Origin: a virus
Lineage: Duplodnaviria; Caudoviricetes
Length of the DNA: 64,000 nt
Reading direction: 5' to 3' (one strand)
IMG/VR virus record: IMGVR_UViG_3300028886_000041
Below, one piece after another: positions 46,609-56,160 of the stretch. Every line of letters begins with the position of its first letter. Position 1 is the stretch's first letter. Both the position numbers and the translations under genes were made by a program. Below the pieces are notes generated by a model. It saw nothing but the letters and a program-made list of their open reading frames with translations, was not told the DNA's origin and did not search any database.

Positions 46609-46930
46609 TTGTTTCTACATTAATTTTTATGTATTGTGTAATATCGATGATCGGTTCAATTCTAATTTCACAATTATAAACTAAAGTATTTCCTTCGATT
46701 TTGCTAGTAAAATTGGATATTTCCTTTCCAGTATTTATCAATTGTTTTATATTTTCTAATTTTTGAATAATTATTCCTCTTACAATTTTATCAACAAATT
46801 GTTTATCTAATTCACAAATAAATTTATCACCAACATTAAGTTTCACTCTAAAATTATTAGTATTTTTTTCAAGAGATTCTTCAAACGGCCAAGCAGTATG
46901 ATGATTAATATTATTTACTTCTTCATCCAT
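46601..46930 (-). CDS. hypothetical protein
   Basis: Promoter motif upstream. Confidence 0.6.
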   Translation of the reverse strand: MDEEVNNINHHTAWPFEESLEKNTNNFRVKLNVGDKFICELDKQFVDKIVRGIIIQKLENIKQLINTGKEISNFTSKIEGNTLVYNCEIRIEPIIDITQYIKINVETNE

Positions 46931-46986
46931 AACATTTATATTTTATTTTGTTATTTAAATTTTACAAGAGAGTTATTTAAAATATT

Positions 46987-47316
46987 TTAAATATTTAAAA
47001 TCGCTTTTTTAAAAGCATCTGCCATACTTATATATGAATACCCAAAAGATATTTCATCCATTGGTTTTTCTGTGGTGGTAATGCTACATTCAATTACTTT
47101 TTTATTGAAAGCAAAAGTGGTGTGACCGAATGATGAGGAAAAATTAAACAAATAATCTTTTAAATTATTATTTAACGATTCTCCGCGAACAGTATATGGA
47201 TGAAAGAAATCCGAATAATTTTCTAATTTTAATTGAGATAGTTCATCTTTATGTACTTCAAACCATATATCAAAATCTGTTATAGCTTCTCCGAAATTAA
47301 TTTTATTTGTGTTCAT
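46987..47316 (-). CDS. hypothetical protein
   Basis: Operonic ORF. Confidence 0.6.
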   Translation of the reverse strand: MNTNKINFGEAITDFDIWFEVHKDELSQLKLENYSDFFHPYTVRGESLNNNLKDYLFNFSSSFGHTTFAFNKKVIECSITTTEKPMDEISFGYSYISMADAFKKAILNI

Positions 47317-47317
47317 T

Positions 47318-48430
47318 TTAATTAAATATTTGTTTTTTCTTTTCTATGAATTCTTTAAGTTCTTTTTGAATTTCTTCTTGGTTCATTACTAAAAAGTTTA
47401 AATCTTTTTTAAATTCAGTATAAGCTTTTCCTTGTTTTTCGGTAAGAGTTCGCATATCATCGCCAAAAAATTTATTAGCAAACTCTCTATCAGTATGATA
47501 AAAAGCACTAACAAATTCTGAAAAATTATAATGGTCTTGCTCTCGATCTTTAATGATACTATTTTTATAATTAAGCCAAGCTATTTCTTTTTCAATATTA
47601 TCTATTGTATAATCACCAAAGATTTTTCTCAAATATTGGTTTTGTTCATGCTTAGTTGTAGGAATATACTTAATTTCATCTTTAGATTTTTCGGGTTGGC
47701 TCTTTAGCCATTCAAAAAATCTTTTAAATACTTTGCTATCGGCTTCTCGTTTCCTATGTTTGCAATTTGCTAGGCTGCTTTTAAATACTTCGTGTGTAGC
47801 AAACGGGCAACTCCAAACAAACTTAAAAGCATCTTCTTCGGTTTTTATATTTTTATATTGATTTTCATCTAATTGGAAAAATTCAAAAACTTTATAATCA
47901 CTAAAACCATAAAGAGAATCTCTTTTAATTAAAATATCATAATTTCTAATTTTTAGACCTTCCATGCCAAAAGCTACACCCATATGTCTAGCAATAATAC
48001 CAAGTAACATTCCTATACAATATGACAAATAGAAATGTTTTATTAGCATATCATAGAAATCAGTTAAAATAAAATCTACTTGATATTTATTTTGATATAG
48101 AAAATGAACAATCGGGCCATTTGTCTTAATAATAGAATCTTCTCCAAAATATTTCTTAATACGTTCTTGGAGAGATTCACTATCGATATATAGATTTTCA
48201 GAATTTTTGCAAACAATAACATCTATGTCTCCAAAACTTTCTTTATTTGTAAATTCGTTTGGAAACATAAAATATCCTTCAGTATAGAAAATGTCATTAT
48301 CATTTTCCACTTCTCTTATCCAGTCTAAAAAGAAATCGGATATTTTTTGTCTATTATCAAAGTAAGTCTCTCTATCCATTTTTAGAGATTCTTTCCCGTT
48401 GAAATGTTCTTTAAAAACTCTACCGCCCAT
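47318..48430 (-). CDS. Pol-beta-superfamily nucleotidyltransferase
   Basis: MGG start, KESFGDIDVIV, YQVDFI, G+LLG..A...G..FG..GL. Confidence 0.75.
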   Translation of the reverse strand: MGGRVFKEHFNGKESLKMDRETYFDNRQKISDFFLDWIREVENDNDIFYTEGYFMFPNEFTNKESFGDIDVIVCKNSENLYIDSESLQERIKKYFGEDSIIKTNGPIVHFLYQNKYQVDFILTDFYDMLIKHFYLSYCIGMLLGIIARHMGVAFGMEGLKIRNYDILIKRDSLYGFSDYKVFEFFQLDENQYKNIKTEEDAFKFVWSCPFATHEVFKSSLANCKHRKREADSKVFKRFFEWLKSQPEKSKDEIKYIPTTKHEQNQYLRKIFGDYTIDNIEKEIAWLNYKNSIIKDREQDHYNFSEFVSAFYHTDREFANKFFGDDMRTLTEKQGKAYTEFKKDLNFLVMNQEEIQKELKEFIEKKKQIFN

Positions 48431-48438
48431 TATTGTTT

Positions 48439-48945
48439 TTATTTTAAGTCTTTTATAACTTTAAATATTTTAATAGCTTTTTGGATTTCTCCATCGGTTA
48501 AATCAGTATCAAATTTTACTAAATGTTTATAATCTTTGAATAATGGTTTAGTCATATCCAAAAATTCAGTTCGATTTCTTTCTTTTCTATTTTCTTCATC
48601 TAATCGTTTAAACATATCAATAGCGATTGAAATTACCATAACCTCAGTATTACATATTAATTTTCCATTTTTAACAGATGCATTTCCAAGGCATGAATTT
48701 TTATCAACTATGACATATTCTTCATTCTCATATGTAAATATTAATTTAAAATGATTATCATCCGTTCTTCGAAGTTCGAAAATTGAATTATAGGTTTCAT
48801 TAAATATAACATTTATGCCACTTCCAAAAATTAAAGGAACGTTTTTAGCATATGTTTTAATAGTATCGAGACAGGATAAGAATCCATTTATAGTAGCATA
48901 TCTAGATAATATTTCTTTTAATTCTATTTCATCTTGTTTAGTCAT
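48439..48945 (-). CDS. hypothetical protein (MTKQ family)
   Basis: MTKQDEIELKEILSRYATINGFLSCL, like 40428..41279. Confidence 0.7.
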   Translation of the reverse strand: MTKQDEIELKEILSRYATINGFLSCLDTIKTYAKNVPLIFGSGINVIFNETYNSIFELRRTDDNHFKLIFTYENEEYVIVDKNSCLGNASVKNGKLICNTEVMVISIAIDMFKRLDEENRKERNRTEFLDMTKPLFKDYKHLVKFDTDLTDGEIQKAIKIFKVIKDLK

Positions 48946-49008
48946 TTTGTTTTTCTTTCTTTTTTACTTTTTAATCATTTTAAAAATTATTAATTAATGT
49001 TCTCATTT

Positions 49009-49317
49009 TTATCCCGCATTATAAGAAGTACAAATCATATAAGACTGTTTTTGTTCTCTACTTTTTCCTAAAAGAATAACATCAACATTCTCTTTTCTGA
49101 AATAATAGTATTGTCGATTTTTGTCTATAATGTCTTCAAAATTAAAAGAAGAAATCTCTTTTTCATAAGTAGATTTATCTCCAAAAGCACATTGTAATGT
49201 AGAATCATAATTATGAATTGCTAATGCCTCTTCTTCATTTTTTGCATAGCAAACATATGAATCATGCTCTTCGTAATCTGGAGAATCTTTTCTTCTTACT
49301 AAATAAATATTTCTCAT
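49009..49317 (-). CDS. conserved phage hypothetical protein (YLVxR..DYEExDS.V..A.NEEEA)
   Basis: Motif with C-terminal ICTSYNAG. Confidence 0.7.
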   Translation of the reverse strand: MRNIYLVRRKDSPDYEEHDSYVCYAKNEEEALAIHNYDSTLQCAFGDKSTYEKEISSFNFEDIIDKNRQYYYFRKENVDVILLGKSREQKQSYMICTSYNAG

Positions 49318-49541
49318 TTTTGTTCCCTTTTGTCTTTCTTCATATACAAACGTTTAATTATACAATTATTCCAAGGCCAATCATAAAATCCAGAACTAAG
49401 CAAATCTTCCATCTCTTCTAAATTATGATGATAGATAGTTGCATCTTCAAGTTTATCTACAAAAACAACAGGAGATTTCCATAAATTGTCGCATTTTAAG
49501 TAGGTTTTATTTTTTCTATTATAAACTATTGATTTTGCCAT
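49314..49541 (-). CDS. hypothetical protein
   Basis: Promoter motif directly upstream. Confidence 0.6.
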   Translation of the reverse strand: MAKSIVYNRKNKTYLKCDNLWKSPVVFVDKLEDATIYHHNLEEMEDLLSSGFYDWPWNNCIIKRLYMKKDKREQK

Positions 49542-49576
49542 AATGATATTTTAAAAGAGAGTTATTTTTTAAAAAT

Positions 49577-49607
49577 AAAAAACCATAAGGAATTTTTCCT
49601 TATGGTT
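49577..49607 (-). terminator. intrinsic terminator
   Basis: AACCATAAGG/CCTTATGGTT followed by a T run. Confidence 0.7.
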
Positions 49608-49641
49608 ATATTATATTTAAGAGTTATTTTAAATTAAATTA

Positions 49642-49740
49642 TCAATTATTTTTTACATGATTGATCACTCGTGTATTAAAAGTTTTACCTTTATCAGCTG
49701 CATTTATATTAGAAAAAGCAGCTGTTCTATTCATAGATGG
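49642..49740 (-). pseudogene. AT-rich orphan 3' gene remnant, possibly the displaced C-terminus of 50059..52068
   Basis: Open frame PSMNRTAAFSNINAADKGKTFNTRVINHVKNN* directly beyond the GC-rich block. Confidence 0.4.
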
Positions 49741-51613
49741 TGCATGACCGGCTCCGCGCTATTTCACGCGCTCGAGCAACCGAGAAACATCATGATTACC
49801 GTCACCGAAAAGATACGCCCAGTGTGTTATTCCTCTGAGCCCTCGTCGGGTTCGTCTATCGCCTTGCCGTTGTATCGGTCAGCGATAGCCTGAACGTTGG
49901 ATATGCCGAGACGCGCGACGTCGTCCGCGTTCAGGCGTATGACGCGCCCTGGTGCGACAAGTCTGCCGCCGTCTGTGTAGATGTCACCGCAAACTTCGAT
50001 GACCTCGATTTGCAGGTTTTCGTTATCGCCGATTTTTATGCGTGATTGATTTTTCATTTTACATTATGAGTTCGTCGTATGTTATCGCCGCTCGAAGATT
50101 GACGATTCCAGTTCCGGCGGCGTTGCGGAAAATGGAAATTGGAATGTTGTAATCGCCGCCGCCCCAGCAGTTGACAGACTGCCACGTGCGCGCGGCGGAG
50201 AATGTTACCGAGGAGGTGTATCCGCTCGCCGATACGCGGAGAGTTAGCGCTTTGTCGCTCCAAAGTTTGAGCGTGCAGACGCACTTGCCTGCCGCAGCCA
50301 CGACTGTCGAGCCGCCTATTCTGGCGCCCGTATTCTTGGACAAATCGAGCGAGAAATTATCGTAACAAGCCGACGCGGGATTTCGGTTTTTGTCAGCGCT
50401 GACGCCGAGCCCGACGGGAACATATCCCTCGTGAAAATTAAGGTGGTTTCCGTTTCCGGACAGGTCATGTATTTGAGGCCCTGAAAGGGCGTCGTCGGCT
50501 TCGCAGAGGACGTCATCGGCGGTCGTTATCGAAAATCCTGCGACGGATATGGCGTAGTCGCCGTATGTGGGTGAGTTTGTCGGTGAGACGAACAGCGCGG
50601 GAATGTAAAGGCCGTCCTCAATGCTGTCAGTTATGACGGCGTCGTATTCGTGCCACGAGGTGTCGGGTGCGGTCGGCGCGTTGATTTTGACGAGTTGCTG
50701 CTCGGAGATTTCGGGCCCCCATATATAGACGCCGAAGAAGACACTGTCGGTCGCGCTCGTGAGCTTATTCCACTTATACTTAAACTTTATGCGGTATTTG
50801 CGCGTCGATGTGTCCGTCTGAAAATGCCCGTAAGAGTTGCTGAGCGCAGCTTGTTCGTAGATGTTGCCGCTGCCGTTCATCGCGAGGTCTATGGCGTAGC
50901 TCTCGCCGTCGGGCAGGTCTGACGCTCTGTTTTTAAGATAAGACACAAGCGGGCCAGCTACCCAGTCGCCATTTTTAACGGACGAGTATTCCTCCGGCGG
51001 CGTGGTGATGTTCCACGCGGACGTGGACGCGCCCATTGTCGTGTCGGTCGAATATCCATATCGACTGCGCAGCGCACGCGGAACGGATTTCCCCGCGCGG
51101 TAGTCGGCGAACGTGTAAGGCGCGTTCTCGTCCAGAATATCGAAGTCAAAAACCGCAAGCCGCGAAAAGCTGCTGTCGCCATTCGCATAAGTGGAGTTGA
51201 AGCCGAACTCAGTGACGGACGTGGAGAAAGACAGGCTCGTAGCCGCGAGAGACGAATCGTTCGCGGCGATTTTTATTTTTCCGTCGGACGTCCAGACGAA
51301 CGCGACGCAGTATATCGGCGCGGCGGGAATATTGTTGAGCGTGACAGTGTCGAGCCGTTGGTCGTCCATAATTGTGAAAAACGCCGTCGCGGACGACGTG
51401 TGTCCGCCGAATGGGCAGCCGAACATTGTAAACAGCTCCGACTCGTTCATGCTGTCGGTCGTGAATACAAACGAACAAGTTGGCTGAATGTTATAATTTG
51501 CCCGATTGCAGGAGACCTTTTCGGCGCCAGCTGGCGCGTAAAATTTGCCGATGCGCTCTCGCATTAAAAATTCGCTCGAGGACTGAGCCACCTCGAGAAT
51601 TTCGTCGGAAATG
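49741..51613. other. GC-rich horizontally acquired segment (~1.9 kb)
   Basis: Abrupt switch to GC-rich sequence and GC-ending codons, with an abrupt return. Confidence 0.9.
49827..50057 (-). CDS. small protein co-acquired with the GC-rich segment (tail-fibre chaperone-like position)
   Basis: Starts 1 nt after the stop of the large gene. Confidence 0.6.
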   Translation of the reverse strand: MKNQSRIKIGDNENLQIEVIEVCGDIYTDGGRLVAPGRVIRLNADDVARLGISNVQAIADRYNGKAIDEPDEGSEE

Positions 51614-52068
51614 TCACCACTTAAAGTAGCACCATTGATAGTTGGTTTGTTTTCTAAATCGTTATAACTAACACTTAAATCAACAGTGGAAAGATCACCA
51701 CTTAAAGTAACACCATTGATAGTTGGTTTGTTTTCTAAATCGTTATAATCTGATGTTCCACCATCATTTAATAAATATACTAATTTAGCATATCTCGGAT
51801 ATAATCCTTCTTTTCCAGATAAGGGTGGTATAACAGATGAATCTATTTCAACTAACGCACAATCTTCAGCATGTGCTGGATTATACGGATTTTCCGGGTG
51901 AATATCGTTATTATTGCCGTTATTTACGTTATAAACAAATGTAGCATATCTTGGATATACCCCTTCAAGCCCTGTTAGAGGAGAAACAACCGATTGATCT
52001 ACCTCTGTTAAAGTTAAATCTTCAGCATGTGCTGGATTGTAAGGATTTTCTGGATTAATAGTTGACAT
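50059..52068 (-). CDS. putative tail fibre/receptor-binding protein, chimeric
   Basis: Repeats NPENPYNPAHAED x2 and YNDLENKPTINGxTLSGD x2; beta-rich C-terminus with DLSGNGNH (LamG-like tail); ATAAATA motif before MSTINP. Confidence 0.65.
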   Translation of the reverse strand: MSTINPENPYNPAHAEDLTLTEVDQSVVSPLTGLEGVYPRYATFVYNVNNGNNNDIHPENPYNPAHAEDCALVEIDSSVIPPLSGKEGLYPRYAKLVYLLNDGGTSDYNDLENKPTINGVTLSGDLSTVDLSVSYNDLENKPTINGATLSGDISDEILEVAQSSSEFLMRERIGKFYAPAGAEKVSCNRANYNIQPTCSFVFTTDSMNESELFTMFGCPFGGHTSSATAFFTIMDDQRLDTVTLNNIPAAPIYCVAFVWTSDGKIKIAANDSSLAATSLSFSTSVTEFGFNSTYANGDSSFSRLAVFDFDILDENAPYTFADYRAGKSVPRALRSRYGYSTDTTMGASTSAWNITTPPEEYSSVKNGDWVAGPLVSYLKNRASDLPDGESYAIDLAMNGSGNIYEQAALSNSYGHFQTDTSTRKYRIKFKYKWNKLTSATDSVFFGVYIWGPEISEQQLVKINAPTAPDTSWHEYDAVITDSIEDGLYIPALFVSPTNSPTYGDYAISVAGFSITTADDVLCEADDALSGPQIHDLSGNGNHLNFHEGYVPVGLGVSADKNRNPASACYDNFSLDLSKNTGARIGGSTVVAAAGKCVCTLKLWSDKALTLRVSASGYTSSVTFSAARTWQSVNCWGGGDYNIPISIFRNAAGTGIVNLRAAITYDELIM
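51614..51748. repeat. 54-bp direct repeat x2 (51614-51667, 51695-51748)
   Basis: One mismatch; abuts the GC-rich junction. Confidence 0.9.
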
Positions 52069-52094
52069 TATACAAATATTTATCAAAAATTAAT

Positions 52095-52120
52095 AAAAAA
52101 GAGAAGGATAATCCTTCTCT
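52095..52120 (-). terminator. intrinsic terminator
   Basis: GAGAAGG/CCTTCTC followed by a T run. Confidence 0.6.
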
Positions 52121-52145
52121 TAAAAACATAATATTTTTAGTTAAA

Positions 52146-52808
52146 TTAATTAGTGAGTTTGCGCATTGTAAGGGCCTTTTTAATAGCTTGAAGTTCTTCA
52201 AGATTTTCCTTACCCCCACTAAGTAACATTTCGTTTTCAACAAGATCTAAGACTTTAATGCCCTTATCAACTGGCATTTTTGTTAAAACATCCCTTTTAA
52301 TCATATCCCAGATATAATTAACACTGTTTCCCATCCCCGGTATTTTAGCAATAACCGTATCGTAGTCTTGCATAATCAAAGCACAAACCACAATTTTACC
52401 AAGCGGTGGTTGACAATTATTTAACTTCCAATTGTTTTTCTTTAACTTATCGTAAGCATTGGGTGTTTTACAAAATACAATAGCACTGAGTTGCAATACA
52501 ACTATATCAGAAACATTTGTTATTTCTTCATGAAACATATTGTAATAAGGACTGAACATCACGTATGCCTTAAGTGTTGAATTTCGTTGTTCAACTGAAG
52601 TAGCGGTGTTAAATAAACTCATAGCTGTTTCCGAAGATTTGAATTTATTAAACTCCTTATCAAAATCCGCTTTGTTTGCTAAAATATAATCATTTTTAGC
52701 GGAATATGTATCATTAAACGGAAATTCCGAAATGAGTTGATTAAGGTCTTTTGCAAAAACGTTAAGACCAATTAATGTTGTGATTGTTAAAATAATAAGT
52801 TTTTTCAT
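52146..52808 (-). CDS. secreted protein, AKDLNQL triplicate 1
   Basis: Signal peptide; C-terminal ENEMLL...KKALTMRKLTN. Confidence 0.8.
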   Translation of the reverse strand: MKKLIILTITTLIGLNVFAKDLNQLISEFPFNDTYSAKNDYILANKADFDKEFNKFKSSETAMSLFNTATSVEQRNSTLKAYVMFSPYYNMFHEEITNVSDIVVLQLSAIVFCKTPNAYDKLKKNNWKLNNCQPPLGKIVVCALIMQDYDTVIAKIPGMGNSVNYIWDMIKRDVLTKMPVDKGIKVLDLVENEMLLSGGKENLEELQAIKKALTMRKLTN

Positions 52809-52834
52809 AGTTTTTATAAGTTGTTATTTTTGTA

Positions 52835-53497
52835 TTAGTTAGAAATTTTACGCATTGTTAATACTTTTCGAATAGTCTGACAATCTTCAAAATTAGTATT
52901 AAGATCGTTTAACAACATTTCATTTTCACAAAGATCTAAAATTTTTATAGCTTTATCATTCGGAGCATTTGTAATTACTAATTTTTTGATAGAGCCCCAT
53001 AGATAGTCTACGGTTTTACCGGAACCAGGTAAAAAAGAAATCAATAAATCAATATCTTGTGCATGAATGAGGCATGAAATAATATGGGGTTTATTAACGT
53101 AAACATTATTAATAGTCCAATTATTAGCTTTTAATTTGTTATATTTAGCTTTATTTTCGACAAATATTCGTGCACTAAGATGCAGTGCGACCAAATCATT
53201 GACATCAGTTATTTCACTATGGAACATTGAATAATATATAGTAAATAATCCATATTGTGAATCTGATGTTTTTCTTTCATCAGAAGTAGCAGTGGCGTTA
53301 TATGGAACCATAGCAAGTTCTGAAGATTTAAATGTATTAAATTCTTTGGCTATATCTGTTTTGTTTGCGCTAACATATGCGCGTTTTTCATAAAAAGTTC
53401 CATTTGTGGGAAACTCTCGAATAAGTTGATTTAAATCTTTGGCATACATAGATATACCAAAGAACAAAGTAAATAATGTAATAAGTATTTTTTTCAT
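52835..53497 (-). CDS. secreted protein, AKDLNQL triplicate 2
   Basis: Paralog of neighbours. Confidence 0.8.
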   Translation of the reverse strand: MKKILITLFTLFFGISMYAKDLNQLIREFPTNGTFYEKRAYVSANKTDIAKEFNTFKSSELAMVPYNATATSDERKTSDSQYGLFTIYYSMFHSEITDVNDLVALHLSARIFVENKAKYNKLKANNWTINNVYVNKPHIISCLIHAQDIDLLISFLPGSGKTVDYLWGSIKKLVITNAPNDKAIKILDLCENEMLLNDLNTNFEDCQTIRKVLTMRKISN

Positions 53498-53511
53498 AGT
53501 ATTATAGTAAA

Positions 53512-54177
53512 TTAGTTAGCAAGTTTACGCATCGTTAATGCTTTTTTGATGTTTTGACATTCTTCAAGATTTGTCTTAAGCCCTTTCATTAGCATTTCTG
53601 TTTCGCAAAGATTAAGAATCTGAATGCCTTTATCTGTTGTAGTTTCACGAAGCACAGCCTTTTTAATCAAAGTCCAGCAGATATCAACAGCGCCTCCAGA
53701 CATAGGAATAACAGCGACAGCGGTATCAAAATCTTTAGATTCTAAAGCAGCAGAAAGAATTTGGTTCTTCTTAATTGAAACGTTACCAATTTTCCATCCA
53801 TTAGCTTTAAGCTCCGCATATTTATCAAGTTTTACACAATATACCCAAACACTAAGGCGTAAGGATACAAGATCAGGAACATCATTAGTTTCACCATAGA
53901 ATTGAATATACCAAGTATTAAAAAGACTATAAAGTTTATTAGCTTCTTCTTTTTCCGCATCGGTAGCGTTTTGTTTATAAGGAGCTAAAGCAATAGCTGA
54001 TTTTTTAAATGAATTAAAAGCAGTTGCTAAATCGTCCTTATTTGTGGCTGTATATATGTACTTTTGACCTCGTGTTCCATTTGCAGGATATTCAGACAAA
54101 AGCTGGTTAAGATCCTTAGCATACATCGATACACTAAGAATTAATATTGATATTGTTGTTAATATTTTTTTAATCAT
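53512..54177 (-). CDS. secreted protein, AKDLNQL triplicate 3
   Basis: Paralog of neighbours. Confidence 0.8.
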   Translation of the reverse strand: MIKKILTTISILILSVSMYAKDLNQLLSEYPANGTRGQKYIYTATNKDDLATAFNSFKKSAIALAPYKQNATDAEKEEANKLYSLFNTWYIQFYGETNDVPDLVSLRLSVWVYCVKLDKYAELKANGWKIGNVSIKKNQILSAALESKDFDTAVAVIPMSGGAVDICWTLIKKAVLRETTTDKGIQILNLCETEMLMKGLKTNLEECQNIKKALTMRKLAN

Positions 54178-54179
54178 GT

Positions 54180-54545
54180 TTATTTAATGTTAAATTTATT
54201 TTTAATAAGATTTATTTTTTGTATATTCGAAGTGGCATTCAAATAATCAATTCTAAAATAACCAATATCTGTCGCATTATCAGCTATCGCAATAATCATA
54301 AATACATCTGGATGTTTTTGTTTTAAATAATCCATATATGTAGCACTTATTTTTATAAATTGAGATGTTTCAATTTTGAATGTATTTATTTTATTTAATT
54401 CCTTAACTATTTTAACATCATTAATAGTTTTTTTCAAATCTATTAATTGCTGGATATCATCAGTAGCAGAATAACAAATATTAGCAGTTAAGGCTGATAT
54501 TGATATTAAAATAAAATTTATAAATCGTTGTGTCATTTTTTGCAT
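54180..54545 (-). CDS. exported hypothetical protein (start approximate)
   Basis: Signal-like segment after MQKMTQR. Confidence 0.55.
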   Translation of the reverse strand: MQKMTQRFINFILISISALTANICYSATDDIQQLIDLKKTINDVKIVKELNKINTFKIETSQFIKISATYMDYLKQKHPDVFMIIAIADNATDIGYFRIDYLNATSNIQKINLIKNKFNIK

Positions 54546-55324
54546 TATTCTAAAGTTCCATTTTGATAAATTATAGTCGGGGCAAACCAAATACGTTTGC
54601 CGTTGTAATCTTTTTGATGTTCTATTCTATTTTTTATAGAAACAACTATAGTATTATTGGGATCTGAAAAAATTTCTCGTATATTTTGTGATTCGGCTGT
54701 TGAAACCCCATTAATATCTGTAGTTACTCCATCTAGGTTCGGATAAAACTCAATAGTTGTTATTGATTTATCAGTATAATAACTTAAAGAAATATCTTCT
54801 TCGGTAGCAATACTCCAATTATGACTATTCCAATTATAATTTAATCGTGTTTTTGGGGATACACATGGATTATTTGTGCTAGGTAACGAAACGTAATAAA
54901 ATATTTTACAATTTGGATCATGTACCGTTTTGTTATTATGATAAGTACTACCATCTGCTCCGACAGTTGATGCGTGATAAATTAAATAACCTTCTTTATT
55001 TAAAATTTTTAATTCCGCTTCACACCCGTAATATAATCGATATGATGAGGCGGGAATTGTTCCCCAATAAGTGTTAACCCGCACACAAATATAAGCAGAT
55101 GCGGCAGATCCTAAATTATTAGCACTTATAAATGTTGAAGTGCTCGGATTTACCAATTTACCATTACTATCAACTGTTACTATATTATTAGTAGTTGTAA
55201 ATTTAGATCCATTGGGATATGTTAATTTACCGTTACTGTCAACCATTACTGTCCTATCTGCATACAATACAGAACAATAGCACATTAAAATACATGAAAC
55301 GAATGCAATGAAGTATTTGGACAT
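54545..55324 (-). CDS. exported hypothetical protein with VDSNGKL repeats
   Basis: Signal peptide; ATAAATA late motif upstream. Confidence 0.7.
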   Translation of the reverse strand: MSKYFIAFVSCILMCYCSVLYADRTVMVDSNGKLTYPNGSKFTTTNNIVTVDSNGKLVNPSTSTFISANNLGSAASAYICVRVNTYWGTIPASSYRLYYGCEAELKILNKEGYLIYHASTVGADGSTYHNNKTVHDPNCKIFYYVSLPSTNNPCVSPKTRLNYNWNSHNWSIATEEDISLSYYTDKSITTIEFYPNLDGVTTDINGVSTAESQNIREIFSDPNNTIVVSIKNRIEHQKDYNGKRIWFAPTIIYQNGTLE

Positions 55325-55344
55325 ATAAAATATTTATTTAATAT

Positions 55345-56160
55345 TTACACATTAATACACACATCTGGAATAAAATGCGACGTACTATCATAATTAACAT
55401 ATCCCAAACTATTCTCGCATATTACAGTATCATTTACTACAAATTGTTTAGTTTGATGGGTGTGTCCATATATCCAAACAGCTGGGGCTTTTTTTGTTAT
55501 CAATTCTGTCAAGTCTGTTGAATATGCACTATTTACTTTAGACGATCTATAACAGTCATCAATACATTTAGGATGACAACCATGATGAGTAACAAATACC
55601 ATTTTATATGGTTTTCCATTATGTTTATTTTTAATATATGGTGGTACCTTAGCATTATTTAAAAATGAATATGTATTCAAATATTCTTGGATAGAAAGAC
55701 CCGGATTAAATTTTACATTATCATCATACATAATACAATGATAATCATTCATATCTCGCGCCACATCAACGTATTCTAATGGATTAATATTGGACCATAA
55801 TGTTGCCCCGTATAACAATATATTATAATCTTCTTTTGTTGGAATATCGATAAAATTATTGTTAATCAACACTACATTATCCCTTAAATTATACTTACGG
55901 GGGGTTTCTTTAATATGAAACCCACCATAGTATTCATGGTTTCCGGGCACAATAATCGTCATTTTCCATTTTTTATTACAATAATCCAAAAAATCATTAC
56001 AATAATTTTCATATTGTAATTTGCCATCGGTTTGTTTTAGATAACCAAGGTCGCCAGCTATCACCAAATAATCAGCAATAGGCAATATAGGAGTTTCTTT
56101 AATAAATGCTTTATTATCAGGAAACTCTAAATGTAGATCAGAAACGTATTGAATTTTCAT
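55345..56160 (-). CDS. calcineurin-like metallophosphoesterase
   Basis: SDLHLE, AGD, GNHEYY, THH, GHTH. Confidence 0.92.
   Translation of the reverse strand: MKIQYVSDLHLEFPDNKAFIKETPILPIADYLVIAGDLGYLKQTDGKLQYENYCNDFLDYCNKKWKMTIIVPGNHEYYGGFHIKETPRKYNLRDNVVLINNNFIDIPTKEDYNILLYGATLWSNINPLEYVDVARDMNDYHCIMYDDNVKFNPGLSIQEYLNTYSFLNNAKVPPYIKNKHNGKPYKMVFVTHHGCHPKCIDDCYRSSKVNSAYSTDLTELITKKAPAVWIYGHTHQTKQFVVNDTVICENSLGYVNYDSTSHFIPDVCINV

Noticed and set aside
50054-51567. Overlapping alternative-frame ORFs in the GC-rich block
   Set aside because: Expected from low stop-codon frequency at high GC; all overlap the long fibre-like frame.
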